From Oopsacas minuta (Eukaryota > Animalia > Porifera), in NCBI GenBank assembly GCA_024704765.1, contig JAKMXF010000166.1, positions 724,401 to 788,400 on the forward strand: a stretch of 64,000 bases of DNA, in the 5' to 3' direction. The notes beneath the pieces are model-generated. The model saw only the letters and a program-made list of their open reading frames with translations, did not search any database and was not told where the DNA came from. Shown here piece after piece: positions 1 through 11,725 of the stretch. The first letter of the stretch is position 1, and the number at the start of each line of letters is the position of its first letter. The position numbers and the translations under genes are program-made.

Positions 1-1313
1 GTCTCAAAATTATGGTCCCCTAACTATCTGTAATAGAAAATATAACTAATGCATTAATAGCTTAATTATTTGCTGATATAATCTCCTCCCATCTGTATAC
101 ATTTCTGAATTCAACTAGGCATCTCACTCAGTAAACTTTCCAAAAGATTCGGCTGTATCTCTGACCCGACTAATTACAAATGAAATTTTAGCGCCTCGAG
201 ATTACTAGCAGGTGTCTTCTCTCAAGCTTAGATATCATGATCGACCAGAGAATTTCGATAGGGTTAAGGTCAGGAGAGTTTCCTGGCGATTCCATTTTAT
301 CCCAGAACTAAACGAATTTCTGAAGACACCATTCTTGTGTCCAAATGGCAGTATGAGCAGGGGCACTGTCCTGATGAAACCAGATTTGGACATGTTAAGC
401 ATAAATTTCCTCTCCAAAATTGTACCTCAGAAGCTCTTCTTTGAGCGAAGGTAGACAAACCGCTGTGAGAATTTCTCCCACATAGTATGCTGCATTAATT
501 GTCTGGTTAGGAGGCAGAAAATGTATATTAGAGATGGCTAAGGAGTTCATCATCCCATACACCATCACTTTTAGAGGAAATTTGACCGTTTTTGACATGG
601 AATATTAAAATTGTTTTTCGTCCAAGTGAGATCATTCTGATGATTGCTTAATTGGAAAAGTTGAAAGGGGATTCACCTGACCAAATAACGTTTTCCATTC
701 TTCAACTGACCAACTTTTCTTATCTTGGCAGAAATTTAGTCTACTTGCCTTCTGGACTTCGGACAAATTGGGGTGTTTGGTCTTTCATACGGCTTGGCTT
801 TGACAACGCTGGATAAATGCTGGTGAATTGTGTCTTTAGAGACAGGATTATTCCTTGCTAGGCCAAAGAACTTATCACCGGCGTCGTTTCCTAAAGGAAT
901 TTAAAATTAAGATCTTCGATGCTCTAGAAAGTGATATAGGACAGCCAACACCCTAGCGATGTTCGAGACTCTCACCACTTTCCTCCTTTAGTCACCACCT
1001 CTAGATTGTTCGGATAAATTTCTCAACCTCCTTAGCAACAAAATTTGCGTTTTGCCAGCTTGCAACATAGCTACTGCTCGATTCCTACGTCTGTTTTCCT
1101 ATTTTTGACATCCATTTTGATAATAGACAGAGAAATATACTATTCAATTGATTTCAATCACAAGAACAGAGCTATTTAATTTTAATTGAATGATAGGAAT
1201 AAGAGTATAATTTGCTATTCCTAATATGAATAATAGGATATAGGGTGCCAAGAATCCAAATTCTAAACTAAAAGTTTAAATTTTCTGGGTGACAATCATT
1301 TTGAGACACCCTG
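1..1313 (-). mobile_element. Tc1-like DD37E DNA transposon, decayed; window starts a few bases inside the left TIR
   Basis: Right end ...ATCATTTTGAGACACCCTG|TA mirrors the window start GTCTCAAAATTATGGTCCCC. Minus-strand fragments VKFPLKVMVYGMM and HQDSAPAHT...PGNSPDLNPIE, with 37 residues between D and E; stops and frameshifts present. Confidence 0.85.
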
Positions 1314-2008
1314 TAGTTAGCCACTTAAAAATGCCATTTTTGGACATATTTTGAAGATATTATAATGCATTTAACTCATTCAGTTTAAACCCTATCGAAT
1401 TTCCGATATTCGTAATCGGCCAAAACGACGTGGTCCACAGCGTTGTAGTGGTCATTGACTAGATCCAAGAATTACACAAATTATGATTATCGACATTAAA
1501 CTCCGTTTCACTTATATGTGAAAGAGTTATATGTGTTTTAAAATCTTCAAAATGTATCTCAAAGTGGCACTTATAAGTGCCTATCATTATATTTTGTACG
1601 GGCAAATTATTTGCAAAAGCCAAAAATTCTTGTAAATGGAGAGGTGAAGAATTAAATTCGGTTTCGAATGGTGTGTAATTATGGTTTATAATATTGTAGA
1701 AAAGGCCACAAATTAAGATAGCAAATCATCTCACCTGATTTCAGACCAACAATGAAAGGGGATATTCCAAACCTTATTTAGGTAAATTGAGCTCGTAGTT
1801 TGTGTTGTAGAGCGCCACAAAACAAAAATAATTAATGCTAATCGTTCATAATTGGCTCTCAAACTTGTAGTTGGCACAGCATACAAAATTATGGCACCTA
1901 TTTTATACCGTAATGACTATTCATTACGGGAATTGCCAGCAGGTTGGTCAATACGCGCACTGGCTAGCAAGTACACGTACAGACTGATTTCAGGTAAATA
2001 CCGTAGAG

Positions 2009-3790
2009 TCTATATTATTAAAACTCAATTATTGTGTGTGTTTGTTTGTTTGTCCACTTTGTACTATAATGATAGGGGAAGTTCGTATGTTTATATAATA
2101 TATCCTTATGTTGACGACATAGGAAAAGTAGCCAATGATATTAGGGTAATCAAGTACCGAGTGTTCAATAAGTTCGCGAAAAAATATGTTTCCACTACAG
2201 TGAACTAACAAGTTACTACAATAAATATTCAAAATACTCCCCATTAGCATCAATACACCTTTGACAGCGATGTAACCACATGTCAAATAGCTTAGGATAG
2301 CTACTTACTGGCATATACTCAACTGCCTATAAAAACGCAGCGATTAGCTCGGATTCTGATTCAAAACATCTGCCTTTAGTTTATTTTTAGATTCGGGAAC
2401 AGCCAAAAGTCACAAGGGGCAAGATCTGGGCTGTAAGGTTGATGTTCAATCATTTCTAAGCCTCATTGCCTAACAAACTCTTTAGTCCTTCTAGCTGTGT
2501 ATGCTGGAGCATTATCATGATGAAGTTTCATCCCACGGATCCAGACTTTGGTCTCAATATCTCCACTGTTGAACAATTTGGGAAGGTAACATTCGGTATA
2601 CCAAGCTGCAGTAACTGTATGCTTCGCTGGAAGGATCACAAATTCAAGAAGTTCTCTCGTGGTGAAGAAAATTGCAAAAATTCGCTTGCCGACCGCCATG
2701 AATCGTTTGGGAATTGTGTCCGGTACCTCATCTTCAAAGATCCATTTAGAAATCTGTTGCTTCGGTGGCATGTCATAGAAGTAAACCCATGTTTCATCAC
2801 CCGTTATTACTTCTGAATGCCACCAAAAATCTGCTTTCGAGTACTTTAGTAACATAGAGAGACAAAATTGGATCCGACGATTTTTCTGCTCCAAAGATAG
2901 AAAATGTGGGACTAACTTGGAACAAACCCTTCTTACCAAGGTGTTGGTGTAGGATTGTTTCTATTGTTTCCGATGATACTGATGCATCGTGAACTAACTG
3001 ACGGATAGCAATTTGTCTGTCCTCTCTTACCAGTTCCTCCACCTTGGTGATATTTTCATTGGTGGCAGCCATAATCGGGCGTCCGGTTCGAACATCATCC
3101 AAGCACATGTAACTCAAACTTAATCGGCTGTACCACTTGTAAATGCTTGTTTTGGTTGGAGACTGTTCTCTAAAAACAGAAAACATCTCAGTGATGTACT
3201 CCATAGCGTTTATTCCACGTTTATAGTTGTAAAACATTATGGCTCGAAAACCCCTATTATTCAAATTCTCCATTGAAAATTCAAAATTTGAAAATGACTT
3301 GACTAAATTGAGTGTAACAGATAAAGTAAACTACTTAGAATGTTGAAATTCATCCACTATTCATTCGCTACCTATACTACTTATGGTAAATTAACGTTAA
3401 CGCTACTAAATGAACTTCATATAGATTCCGCGAACTTAGTGAACACTCGATTTTCACATTTGCAAAATAATCATATGTATATATCTATGTTGTTTTAGAT
3501 GAATATAAATTAAAAAATAGTTGAAATCTCCAAATATACTTGGAGACTGGCTCTCAACAGACATATAGGGGTAATCAAGTACGCTAAATCCGATTTTCGC
3601 ACTTTCAAGTTTCTCATATGCAAATTTATTGTTGTTGTTATGATTATATAGTAAAAAGATTTGTTAAAAATTGATGTATCAGTTCAGTTTTACAATAGTA
3701 TACTTTACTAAATCGAGACACGAAGTGCCGAGTCCCATGCGAGACAATGTGTCCGCAAGCCGCGTATCGCGAGCAAAACGAAGCGGCTCG
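2009..3790 (+). mobile_element. Probable non-autonomous Helitron-like element interrupted by a mariner
   Basis: 5' TCTATATTATTAAA followed by (GTTT)n; GC-rich 3' end CCGCGTATCGCGAGCAAAACGAAGCGGCTCG|T. Same architecture as 49702-50139. Confidence 0.45.
2158..3449 (-). mobile_element. mariner (DD34D-type) transposon, frameshifted
   Basis: TIRs CGAGTGTTCAATAAGTTCGCG / CGCGAACTTAGTGAACACTCG. ORFs 2797-3273 (HTH, DDVRTGRP) and 2463-2939 (ITGDETWVYFYD, HHDNAPAY). Confidence 0.85.
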
Positions 3791-3871
3791 TATATAATAA
3801 GTATGTTTCCATCAGAAAAAGGCCGGTTCAGATGAATACTTGCCCATAAAAGCAACGATCGAGGAATTTTG

Positions 3872-3936
3872 GATGAAGGATTCACATCATGATCACCAGA
3901 TGAAGGATTCACATCATGTTCACCAGATGAAGGATT
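3872..3936. repeat. 27-bp tandem repeat, about 2.4 copies
   Basis: GATGAAGGATTCACATCATG(A/T)TCACCA repeated head to tail. Confidence 0.85.
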
Positions 3937-4008
3937 ATTCAGTCTACTTCTCATCTATATAAAATAAAACAAAGAGAAATACTATACATCTTATTCCAAG
4001 TATCAGTA

Positions 4009-4179
4009 CAGTGGAACCTCGTTACAAAACATAGTTAATGTTAATTTAATTTAAGACGAACAAATATTTAAACAAAATCAGTTTGTTATTCAATTGGTAT
4101 TAGCCCGGTTTATACGAACTACCGGTTGAGCGAACACATTTTACCGCCAGTTGATATTCGTATTAACGAGGCTACACTA
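4009..4179. mobile_element. pogo/Tigger-type MITE
   Basis: TA|CAGTGGAACCTCGTTA ... TAACGAGGCTACACTA|TA imperfect TIRs with TA flanks; no ORF. Confidence 0.6.
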
Positions 4180-7100
4180 TAGATATCTCTAAATAATGTG
4201 AAGAATACGCTTTGTGAGCTAGAAAATGTGCTAGAAAACTTCCTAGAGTAAATTGTTCATAGAACCTGGTATTTTAAGGTCACCCCAATTATCCCCTCAC
4301 GGTAGCCCTAACTTTTCCATTTATTAAACGAATATTAAACACACTAAATGTGATTTTTTAAGGTTGAAACCGATCGAACTGAATATCAATATTAATGGAT
4401 AGTTGCTTGACCAAATACTGATATTATTCGACTGACCCAACTGAATACTGGCAATATTCGATTACATCAACCGGATACTACTGATAATATTCGGTTTGGA
4501 CCAACCAAATCCCGAATACTGATATTCGCTTGGTAATTACATATTATTTAGTTAAACCGAATATTCAATTATTAGGTTGCAAGCTTGGAATTTTCCATTT
4601 TTCGTGGGATATTCAAAATTGAATCTGCAACCAAATATTAACAACCTTAACATTGGGATGACTAGCGCTGTAGATTGAGGATATGATTGCAAACCATTTG
4701 GGCACCCTGAAATTCCAGTCAGCCCAGGCCAGAGGTCTACAGAGGTGTACCCGGAACTCCTGGGAATTACCCGCGCCTGGTCAAATCTTCATGCTGCCAT
4801 TAAAGGATATCTCAGAACATTGATATATACTCATAGTCAGTGTTTTCAACAGGATCTTTGTAGAGTACTCGTTTTTGCGATTGAGCGGGGCCTGAAGAGT
4901 CGGACAAAAGTTTAGACCCATGGGATGAAAGATGTGCGAATGATGTTGATAATGGGATTGCTGCCAATTGTAGTTGCCAGCAAGACTTAGATATTCCTAT
5001 GTCCCTAAGGAAGTTTTTTCTGATTTTCGTGCATTCTATCACTTGAGATGGGGGCAGGACAAATTAAATGGGAGGGGGGGCAAATTGACTTTTCATAATG
5101 CCTGTCTTTGGTCTCTGAATGCCTAATTAAAAAAAATTACAACATGCGCCGTCAGCTTGGTCTATAAATACATTTGTTTTTAAACAGTGGGATTATGACT
5201 GGAGGCACTATGAAAGGTTAAGTTTACCCCACCACACATGGTGTTAGTATGCGAAATTTTTGGGAACCTGAGAACTATCTTACCATGAGATTCCGGGGAT
5301 TACCGAAAGATTTTCACCCTGAAGATGAAGCAAAATATTTACTCAAATACCCAAATGACAAAAATACTTTTAGGAAATTGCAAATTACGTGAATACTGCC
5401 TTCTTCCTCTGCATCCAGTTCCCATGTGACTAATAAGTAAATTTTAGCTGACAAATAATTTTCGCATATTCTATATTTTGATCAATAGCAATGCATTCAA
5501 AAATCCCCGATCCCATGATAAACTGAAATGTACTATTTGCCAGAGTATTTCATATCACGGAATCCTGCATCTAAATACAGGGAAATGAATTTGTGGGTTA
5601 TTAATTCTATTCTTATACAGATTTGACATAATAGATTCTATAAGTAGGATATTTCATTTTCAAAATGGTGGTGACAATAATGTGAAATGTGGTGGCAATA
5701 CTCCCTCAGCCTCCCCCCCACAGTACGCCCTGTTCAGGAAAACAATTATGTCATGTTTAGAGAGATAAAAAATGAGAAATTCATTTGCAAGTCCAAATGA
5801 CGAATGATATTAGCCCTTCGTATTCAAATGACGCACGTGAAATGAGATGCGTCATAATTGATAAACAAAATTTAGGTTAGGATACTATACCGCCGCTGGA
5901 ACCAAGCTATTTTGTAGCTGACAACTAATATATTGTAGCCTAAGAACTGCTGGACAATCGTGCAATTCGTTATCCCAATTATCATAGATATTATCTGGAA
6001 CTCAAAAATATCAGAGTATTTGCACAGTGGCTTAGTAGTAAAGAATTAAGAAATTTTTTATTGTAATGCTTTCATTCATTTATGGTTTCATTGTGGTTCT
6101 AAACATTCAAGTAGCATCCATTCCAATTATCGAATCATTTGGGAGCCTATTAGTTATGTAAATTTGAATCGAAACTTTGTGGTTTTGATGCTGAAATTAT
6201 CGTCTCGGAGGATTCAAAATATAAAAGATTTTCACATTGATTCTGATTCTGTATAAAATATACTAGCGATCTATTGTTTCATCTATTCTTGACAATTGTG
6301 CATGTTGATTTCAAATTTGTATCAGATATATTCTAAACTGCGTACTTTTCATGTGAAGGATTGTTGTACCCAGGGTAAAAAAGTGAATCCCATTTTTCCA
6401 TGGATAAAATTTTGAAAGTGTCTGAAAAGAAAAAGTCAAGGAACGTCAAAGGGAAAATAATACCAATTGTTGTTTACAATTTATACTATGTTATATGAAG
6501 ATGACAGGCCCGAAATGGTGCGCAACTTTGATTTTTGGTCACATTCTATTGTCTGTAATCGTTGCTATGGAAATTCCTAAAGTGATGTCTATAACTATGT
6601 AATTGAATACCCGTCTAATCCTAAATATTCTTGGAAATTACTGTACAAAATTAAACATATAAATGTAGGCATATACGTGTACTTATATTTTCTATCATAC
6701 CCCTTTATTTTCTCATAGATAATTTATCCGTGATCAATGGCTGAACCAATTGCTCCGATGACTTCCCCCGAATCCTGTCTCTATCTAGCGAGAATCCTGA
6801 AAGCAAATGGCAATTGTGTCCAAACAACTCTCTGTTATCTTAGTGATCTCCATGGATTAGACAATACCAAGCAGGCTAAACTGGAATTGATTCTACGTAG
6901 AATACGAGATATGATTAGAACTTCAAAAAAATTACTTGAATCTTTGCATGGAGACTGGTGGCCTTCTGAAATTTGCTCAGAATTATTATAGCTTCACAAG
7001 CCCCCCAAAAAACTAAGTCGGTGCGCCAAAAGAAAGAAGTTATCAATCTTTCATTGCAACATCAGCGTTCCCGCATCTCTAGTGTCCTTGAGTCTATCAG

Positions 7101-7451
7101 GTCCATCTCGGCAACCTTATAAACTTCTGAAATTACAATTGCAGCTCTTGCTTAACAATTGTTGTGCAATGAAGAAGACAATCGAGAAGTTGCAAGGGTA
7201 TCTAAATCAATCGTGCAGGGAAAATTCTCTGGTCAATTCGGGCGTGCATCCAAAAGCAAAGAATTGGATGTGGGCAAGGCATTATTTCTTTTGGATCTAC
7301 TAGAGATTGGCAAGAGGAAGTACACTCTAACGACTACTTTTGTTATCTAATGAAATTCACTTCCCTACATATCAGAGGGATGCCGATCATAGAAATAATT
7401 TAGTACTACGAAATATGATTCAACTATACACGAATCCTACAGCCCCAGTTG

Positions 7452-7473
7452 GTGTGTGTGTGTGTGTATGTGT
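7452..7473. repeat. (TG)n microsatellite inside the transposase pseudogene
   Basis: GTGTGTGTGTGTGTGTATGTGT run, translated as VCVCVCV in ORF 7340-7789. Confidence 0.8.
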
Positions 7474-8286
7474 GCTATACGCTCAATTTGTCTACCATAC
7501 ATTTTGTAGAATTAGGTCCACTCTACTGTCCCCTTCAAATGAGAATTTTCCTCCCCGATTTCAGATTGCTGATGGTTTAGATGGATCTGGAAAGCATACC
7601 GTATATAATCAACCAAATACGAATACGTCTACCAAATCGTTCATCCTATTTTGCTTCAAAGCAGTACACATTGTCCCTTCTAGTGGAAAGGAACTTTGGA
7701 AAACAACTGCCCGAATTCTTCATTCTCCCAACGTCCAATTTTCCTTCTTGCTGCCACAGAAAATCATGACAATATTCGCCAATTTTTGAAAGATATCATC
7801 AATCCCGAAACAGATCAAATGAAGGACCAAGGTTTCTATTTTGCCAATGATAAACATATATTTGTCGGTGTTTTCCGATCAATGCTTGATGTTAAAATGG
7901 CAAGTATTCTCTCAGGAACAGGAAGTGAGAGTTGCCAACAATGTACTGCAACGCAGAAAGAACTAAAAGATCGTGACTTAATTTTGCAAGGCTATCCCAT
8001 CAATAGAAACATTTCAGACGCCATTCAATTATTTGGAGAACTGGAAGACATTGATGCTTTCTTTTCATTACCAACAATCCAAAGATTTAACCTGACTCAC
8101 CAATTATTATCAACAATAGATATTCTACCTGCTTCTCCCTTACATTCCTATACCTGTATTTTTAGATGGTTTAATTTACTTGTGTACCACCTGAATTGTA
8201 ACAAGCTCACATGGTCACCACCATCAAAAGAAATTAAAGATTCCATGATGGATGTGCGAACCATAGTTAAAGACGTAACAGGTCTA

Positions 8287-9592
8287 CAGGATGACAATTA
8301 AGTTCTGATACATAGTTCCAATAGATCTGATACGTTTCCAATATATTACATTACCATTTCTATCATATATATTCTAACATATATGTCCTCCTGTTATGCT
8401 CAAACAGTAATCTAAATCTATATACGCATAAAATCAGAAATTTTAACATGGAAGTAAAGAGGTCAAAAATTATCTCATTATTTATGACAGGGAGCACACA
8501 GAGCTAGATTTTGAAAAATCTGAAAAGTGAAAAGATCAACAGATTATTCATTTATCATACTATTAAACGATATAACGATACCAAAAGTGTGGAGAACAAG
8601 CCTCGTTCTGGCCGACCGACTACAGTTCATACGATAGCACTAAGGGGAAAACTCCGCAGTAAAATCCGCCGAAATCCCAGGCGGTCAATCCGGAAGATGG
8701 CAAGGGAGTACTGTTAATCGTGAAACATTGCGAAAGATGATATATGAGGACCTGGGACTTAAATCACTCAAACAGCAAACAGTTCATCATCTCACTCCCA
8801 CTCTTCGGGTAAAAAGACTTGAAAGGTGCAAATGGCTTCTGCGGCGCCTCGTAAATGAAGACTATGAACAGATATTGTTTTCGGACGAAAAGATTTTCAC
8901 GGTAGAAGAAGCAACTAACCGTCAAAATGATAGAATTATTGCGTCGTCATGCAAAGACATCCTTGAGAGCATTAAATTCATTGATCGAGTGCAAAGACGC
9001 TTTCTGTGATGGTCTGGGCTGGGGTGTCCGCAGATTCTCGGACAAAATTGATTTTTGTCCCACAAGGGGTCAAAATTAACTCGCAAACATATAGAGTTGA
9101 TTCTTGAGCCTGTAATCAAATCTGCTGGTTCATCCTTGTCCAAAAACACACCCTGGATATTCCAGCAGGACTCTGCGCCAGCGCATGCCTGGAAACCAAC
9201 TCAATCCTGGCTTTTAGGGGAAAATATTGACTTTTTGTCCAAGGAAGAATGGCCTCCTTCAAGTCCGGATTTGAATCCACTTGACTATTCCATCTGGGGG
9301 ACTTTACGGAACAGAGCCTGCGCTACTACGCATGGAAATTTGGAATCTCTGCGGAAGACTTTGATTACAGAATGAGAGAAAATTCCGCAAGAAGAACTCC
9401 GTAAATCTGTCCAACAGTTTCAAGGACGACTTAAAGCTGTAGTAAAGGCAAAAGGCGGTTATATCGAATAGAATTGGATAGGAAGATTTATTATAATATG
9501 CTTTAACTGTCAGTGAAAATTTGGATTGAAGGAATAACTAGTTTAGGAAAAACCAGAGTATATTCGTGTATCAGAACTTAATTGTCACCCTG
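8287..9592 (+). mobile_element. maT/DD37D Tc1-mariner transposon inserted in the RAG1-like ORF
   Basis: 26-bp TIR CAGG(A/G)TGACAATTAAGTTCTGATACA with TA TSD. Transposase from ATG 8448 with SDEK and QQDSAPAH-x-SPDLNPLD (D37D). The RAG1-like reading resumes immediately after 9592. Confidence 0.9.
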
Positions 9593-10382
9593 TAAGAATT
9601 GACCAACCAGGCCCCAAGGACGCACTACTTCCACTGGTGGTGTGACTTGAAGAGCTTTTTCAAACGATTCTAAGTTTATTGAATGCACAATGTCTTTGGT
9701 TAAGATTGATTATAGGGACTCACTTGGTAAATTGCACACACAATTATCTGTCATTGTGAGAATCATAAATCCAGACAGAAAAATCCATACAAAAGAATTG
9801 GGTAACCTTTGTACAGACACCGATCTCCTTATTCTTCAATCCTTTCCCTGAGTGAACATTACACTGACTTTACATAAATTACTAGCCCATTCTGAAGAAA
9901 TACTGAGAAATGAACTTTGGGTATGGATTGAAATGCTTTAGCGAAGAAGGATCAGAAGCCGGCAACAAATTAATCAGGAAATATAGGGAAAATCTAGCAA
10001 GGTAAACTTCCTTCGAGGATAATGTCGTTGATATATTGGTCAGACTCTCATCTGAAAGCGATCCTGTGTTAATGAAATATTAGTCGACAGTGGTGTGCGA
10101 AAAGTGCGGAGAACACGGTCATACCTGAAGAGCTAAGTGCTGTAGAGACAGTACAACAGATTCATTAGAATCATCTATTGATAATATCGTCAAGGGCCTT
10201 ATTATTGATACGATATTGTAACAATGTAGTTTGCTGAATGTTAGCAAAAAAAGAATACAAATAACACATCCCTTAATATAAATGCTTATTGTTTTTATCC
10301 AGAAATTGCTAGAATTGATATATATATATATTAGCAAAAAAGATATTAATAAATTCCAAAACGCATTTAGAAGTATGAAGTA

Positions 10383-11725
10383 CAGGGTGTCCCATAATTA
10401 TTGTCGTATCCTTCATCTTATGTTATTATTGCCATTAATTGAGAAAAGAAGACAATTATTTTCCAATATATCCTCCTTTCAATTGTATACATTTATCAAT
10501 ACGTGCTGGCATTCCAGCAACTAAATTTTCCAAGATCAATGGATTAATGTCCCTCCAGCCACTTTTGAGATTTTCTGCTAACTGATTGAGGTTGGTTGAG
10601 GGTTTAATCTCATTCAACTTCTCCTGCAAAATACTCCATAGATTTTCTATCGGATTTAAATCCGGTGAATTGCCAGGCCATTCCCCTTTGGCCCAGAAAG
10701 TGGGCATGTTGTTTTTGCACCATTCCTGTGTGCGACTGGCAGTGTGTACTGGTGCCCCGTCTTGCATAAATATGGCCCGAGACATGTTAGGCAGTAATTT
10801 CCTGGTCAGAATGCTGCCTGCCATTTTTGAACGACCCACCGCAAGTCGATAAGATTTCTTCAATATCTCTTCTACATAATATTGAGAGTTTACAGTCTGT
10901 TTAGGAGGAACGAAATGTAATTCTGAGAGGCCACGATAGCTCATAATGGCCCAGACCATCACTTTTGGGGGGTTTTTGATAACTTCACGAGGTGGTACTT
11001 TGGAGCTGTCAGTGGACCAAACCCTATCATTTTGGGCGGAACTGGGATGAAATAGTTCATATGGTGATTCATCACTCCATAGGACTCGTTTCCACTCATC
11101 CAAATTCTAATTTTCCCTTTCAATACAAAAATTTAGCCGGTTTTCCCTCTGTTTTTCAGTCAATTTGGGAATTTTGGGTCTTTTATAGGCAGTCGCTCCA
11201 ATTGTTTCCTTTAAATAGCGGTGAACAGTCGATTTAGAGATACCATAACCCTTTCGCTTGAGTTTTATCGCGATCTTTCTAGTGGATTGACGAATTTTGC
11301 CAAGAGATTTGGATATAACTATCTTCGCCTCCCTTGTGATCGTTTTTGGACGGCCAGCACTGACCTTATGTCCTAGATCTTGACCTCGTCCATATCGTGC
11401 CCACCAACGCTGTATCGTTCTGAGTGGTTTCTCTAAGGTCTTAGCAACATCTTTCTGCACCATCCCACCAATAATCATTCCGACTGCCCTGTTACGAAGA
11501 GTTTCTGAGGAATTTTTGACATTCATGATGAAATAATTACGCAAGTTGATGAAATACTCGATTGTAATAAATTCACTGGAGAAAATATAAGGTTCCAGAT
11601 AAATTCTAATGATAATTCACACTAGTACTTGTATACGAAAAAGTATACAAATTGAAAGCAAACTGGAAATACAGTAAACGAAAATCTACAAGTATCGGAT
11701 ACGACAATAATTATGGGACACCCTG
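10383..11725 (-). mobile_element. Tc1-like DD37E transposon, near intact
   Basis: Perfect 29-bp TIR CAGGGTGTCCCATAATTATTGTCGTATCC with TA TSD. ORFs 11107-11544 and 10456-11103 are in frame, separated by a single TAG. Motifs WSDES and QDGAP-x-SPDLNPIE (D37E). Confidence 0.92.

Larger units (their letters stand above)
6737..10221 (+). pseudogene. RAG1-core-like (Transib/RAG1L) DDE transposase of element A, split by the maT insertion at 8287-9592
   Basis: Motifs in RAG1 order across frameshifts: NBD-like LSLQHQRSRISSV...NEEDNREVARVSKSIVQG; DGLDGSG (D at 7580); PNSSFSQRPIFLL; RSMLDVKM (D at 7888); CQQC; SPLH; [insertion] TTSTG; LHKLLAH; SEEGSEAGNKLIRKYRE (E at 9955); SESDP; CEKCGEHGHT*RAKC tail. 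Confidence 0.85.

Noticed and set aside
212-454. Antisense ORFs over TE transposases (also 2466-2816, 10586-10852, 17490-17837, 30654-30911, 53200-53663)
   Set aside because: Shadow frames of transposases on the opposite strand, with no independent evidence.
3872-3936. 27-bp direct repeats as a CRISPR array
   Set aside because: Head-to-tail copies with no spacers, no cas genes and a eukaryotic context.
5390-5440. 41-bp minus-strand mini-exon TWELDAEEEGSIH as a downstream SLK exon
   Set aside because: Splice signals are plausible, but similarity to the SLK coiled-coil is limited to three residues.
6737-10221. Domesticated, functional RAG1 gene
   Set aside because: Multiple stops and frameshifts, a Tc1 insertion in the core, and retained TIRs and TSD make it a dead transposon copy.
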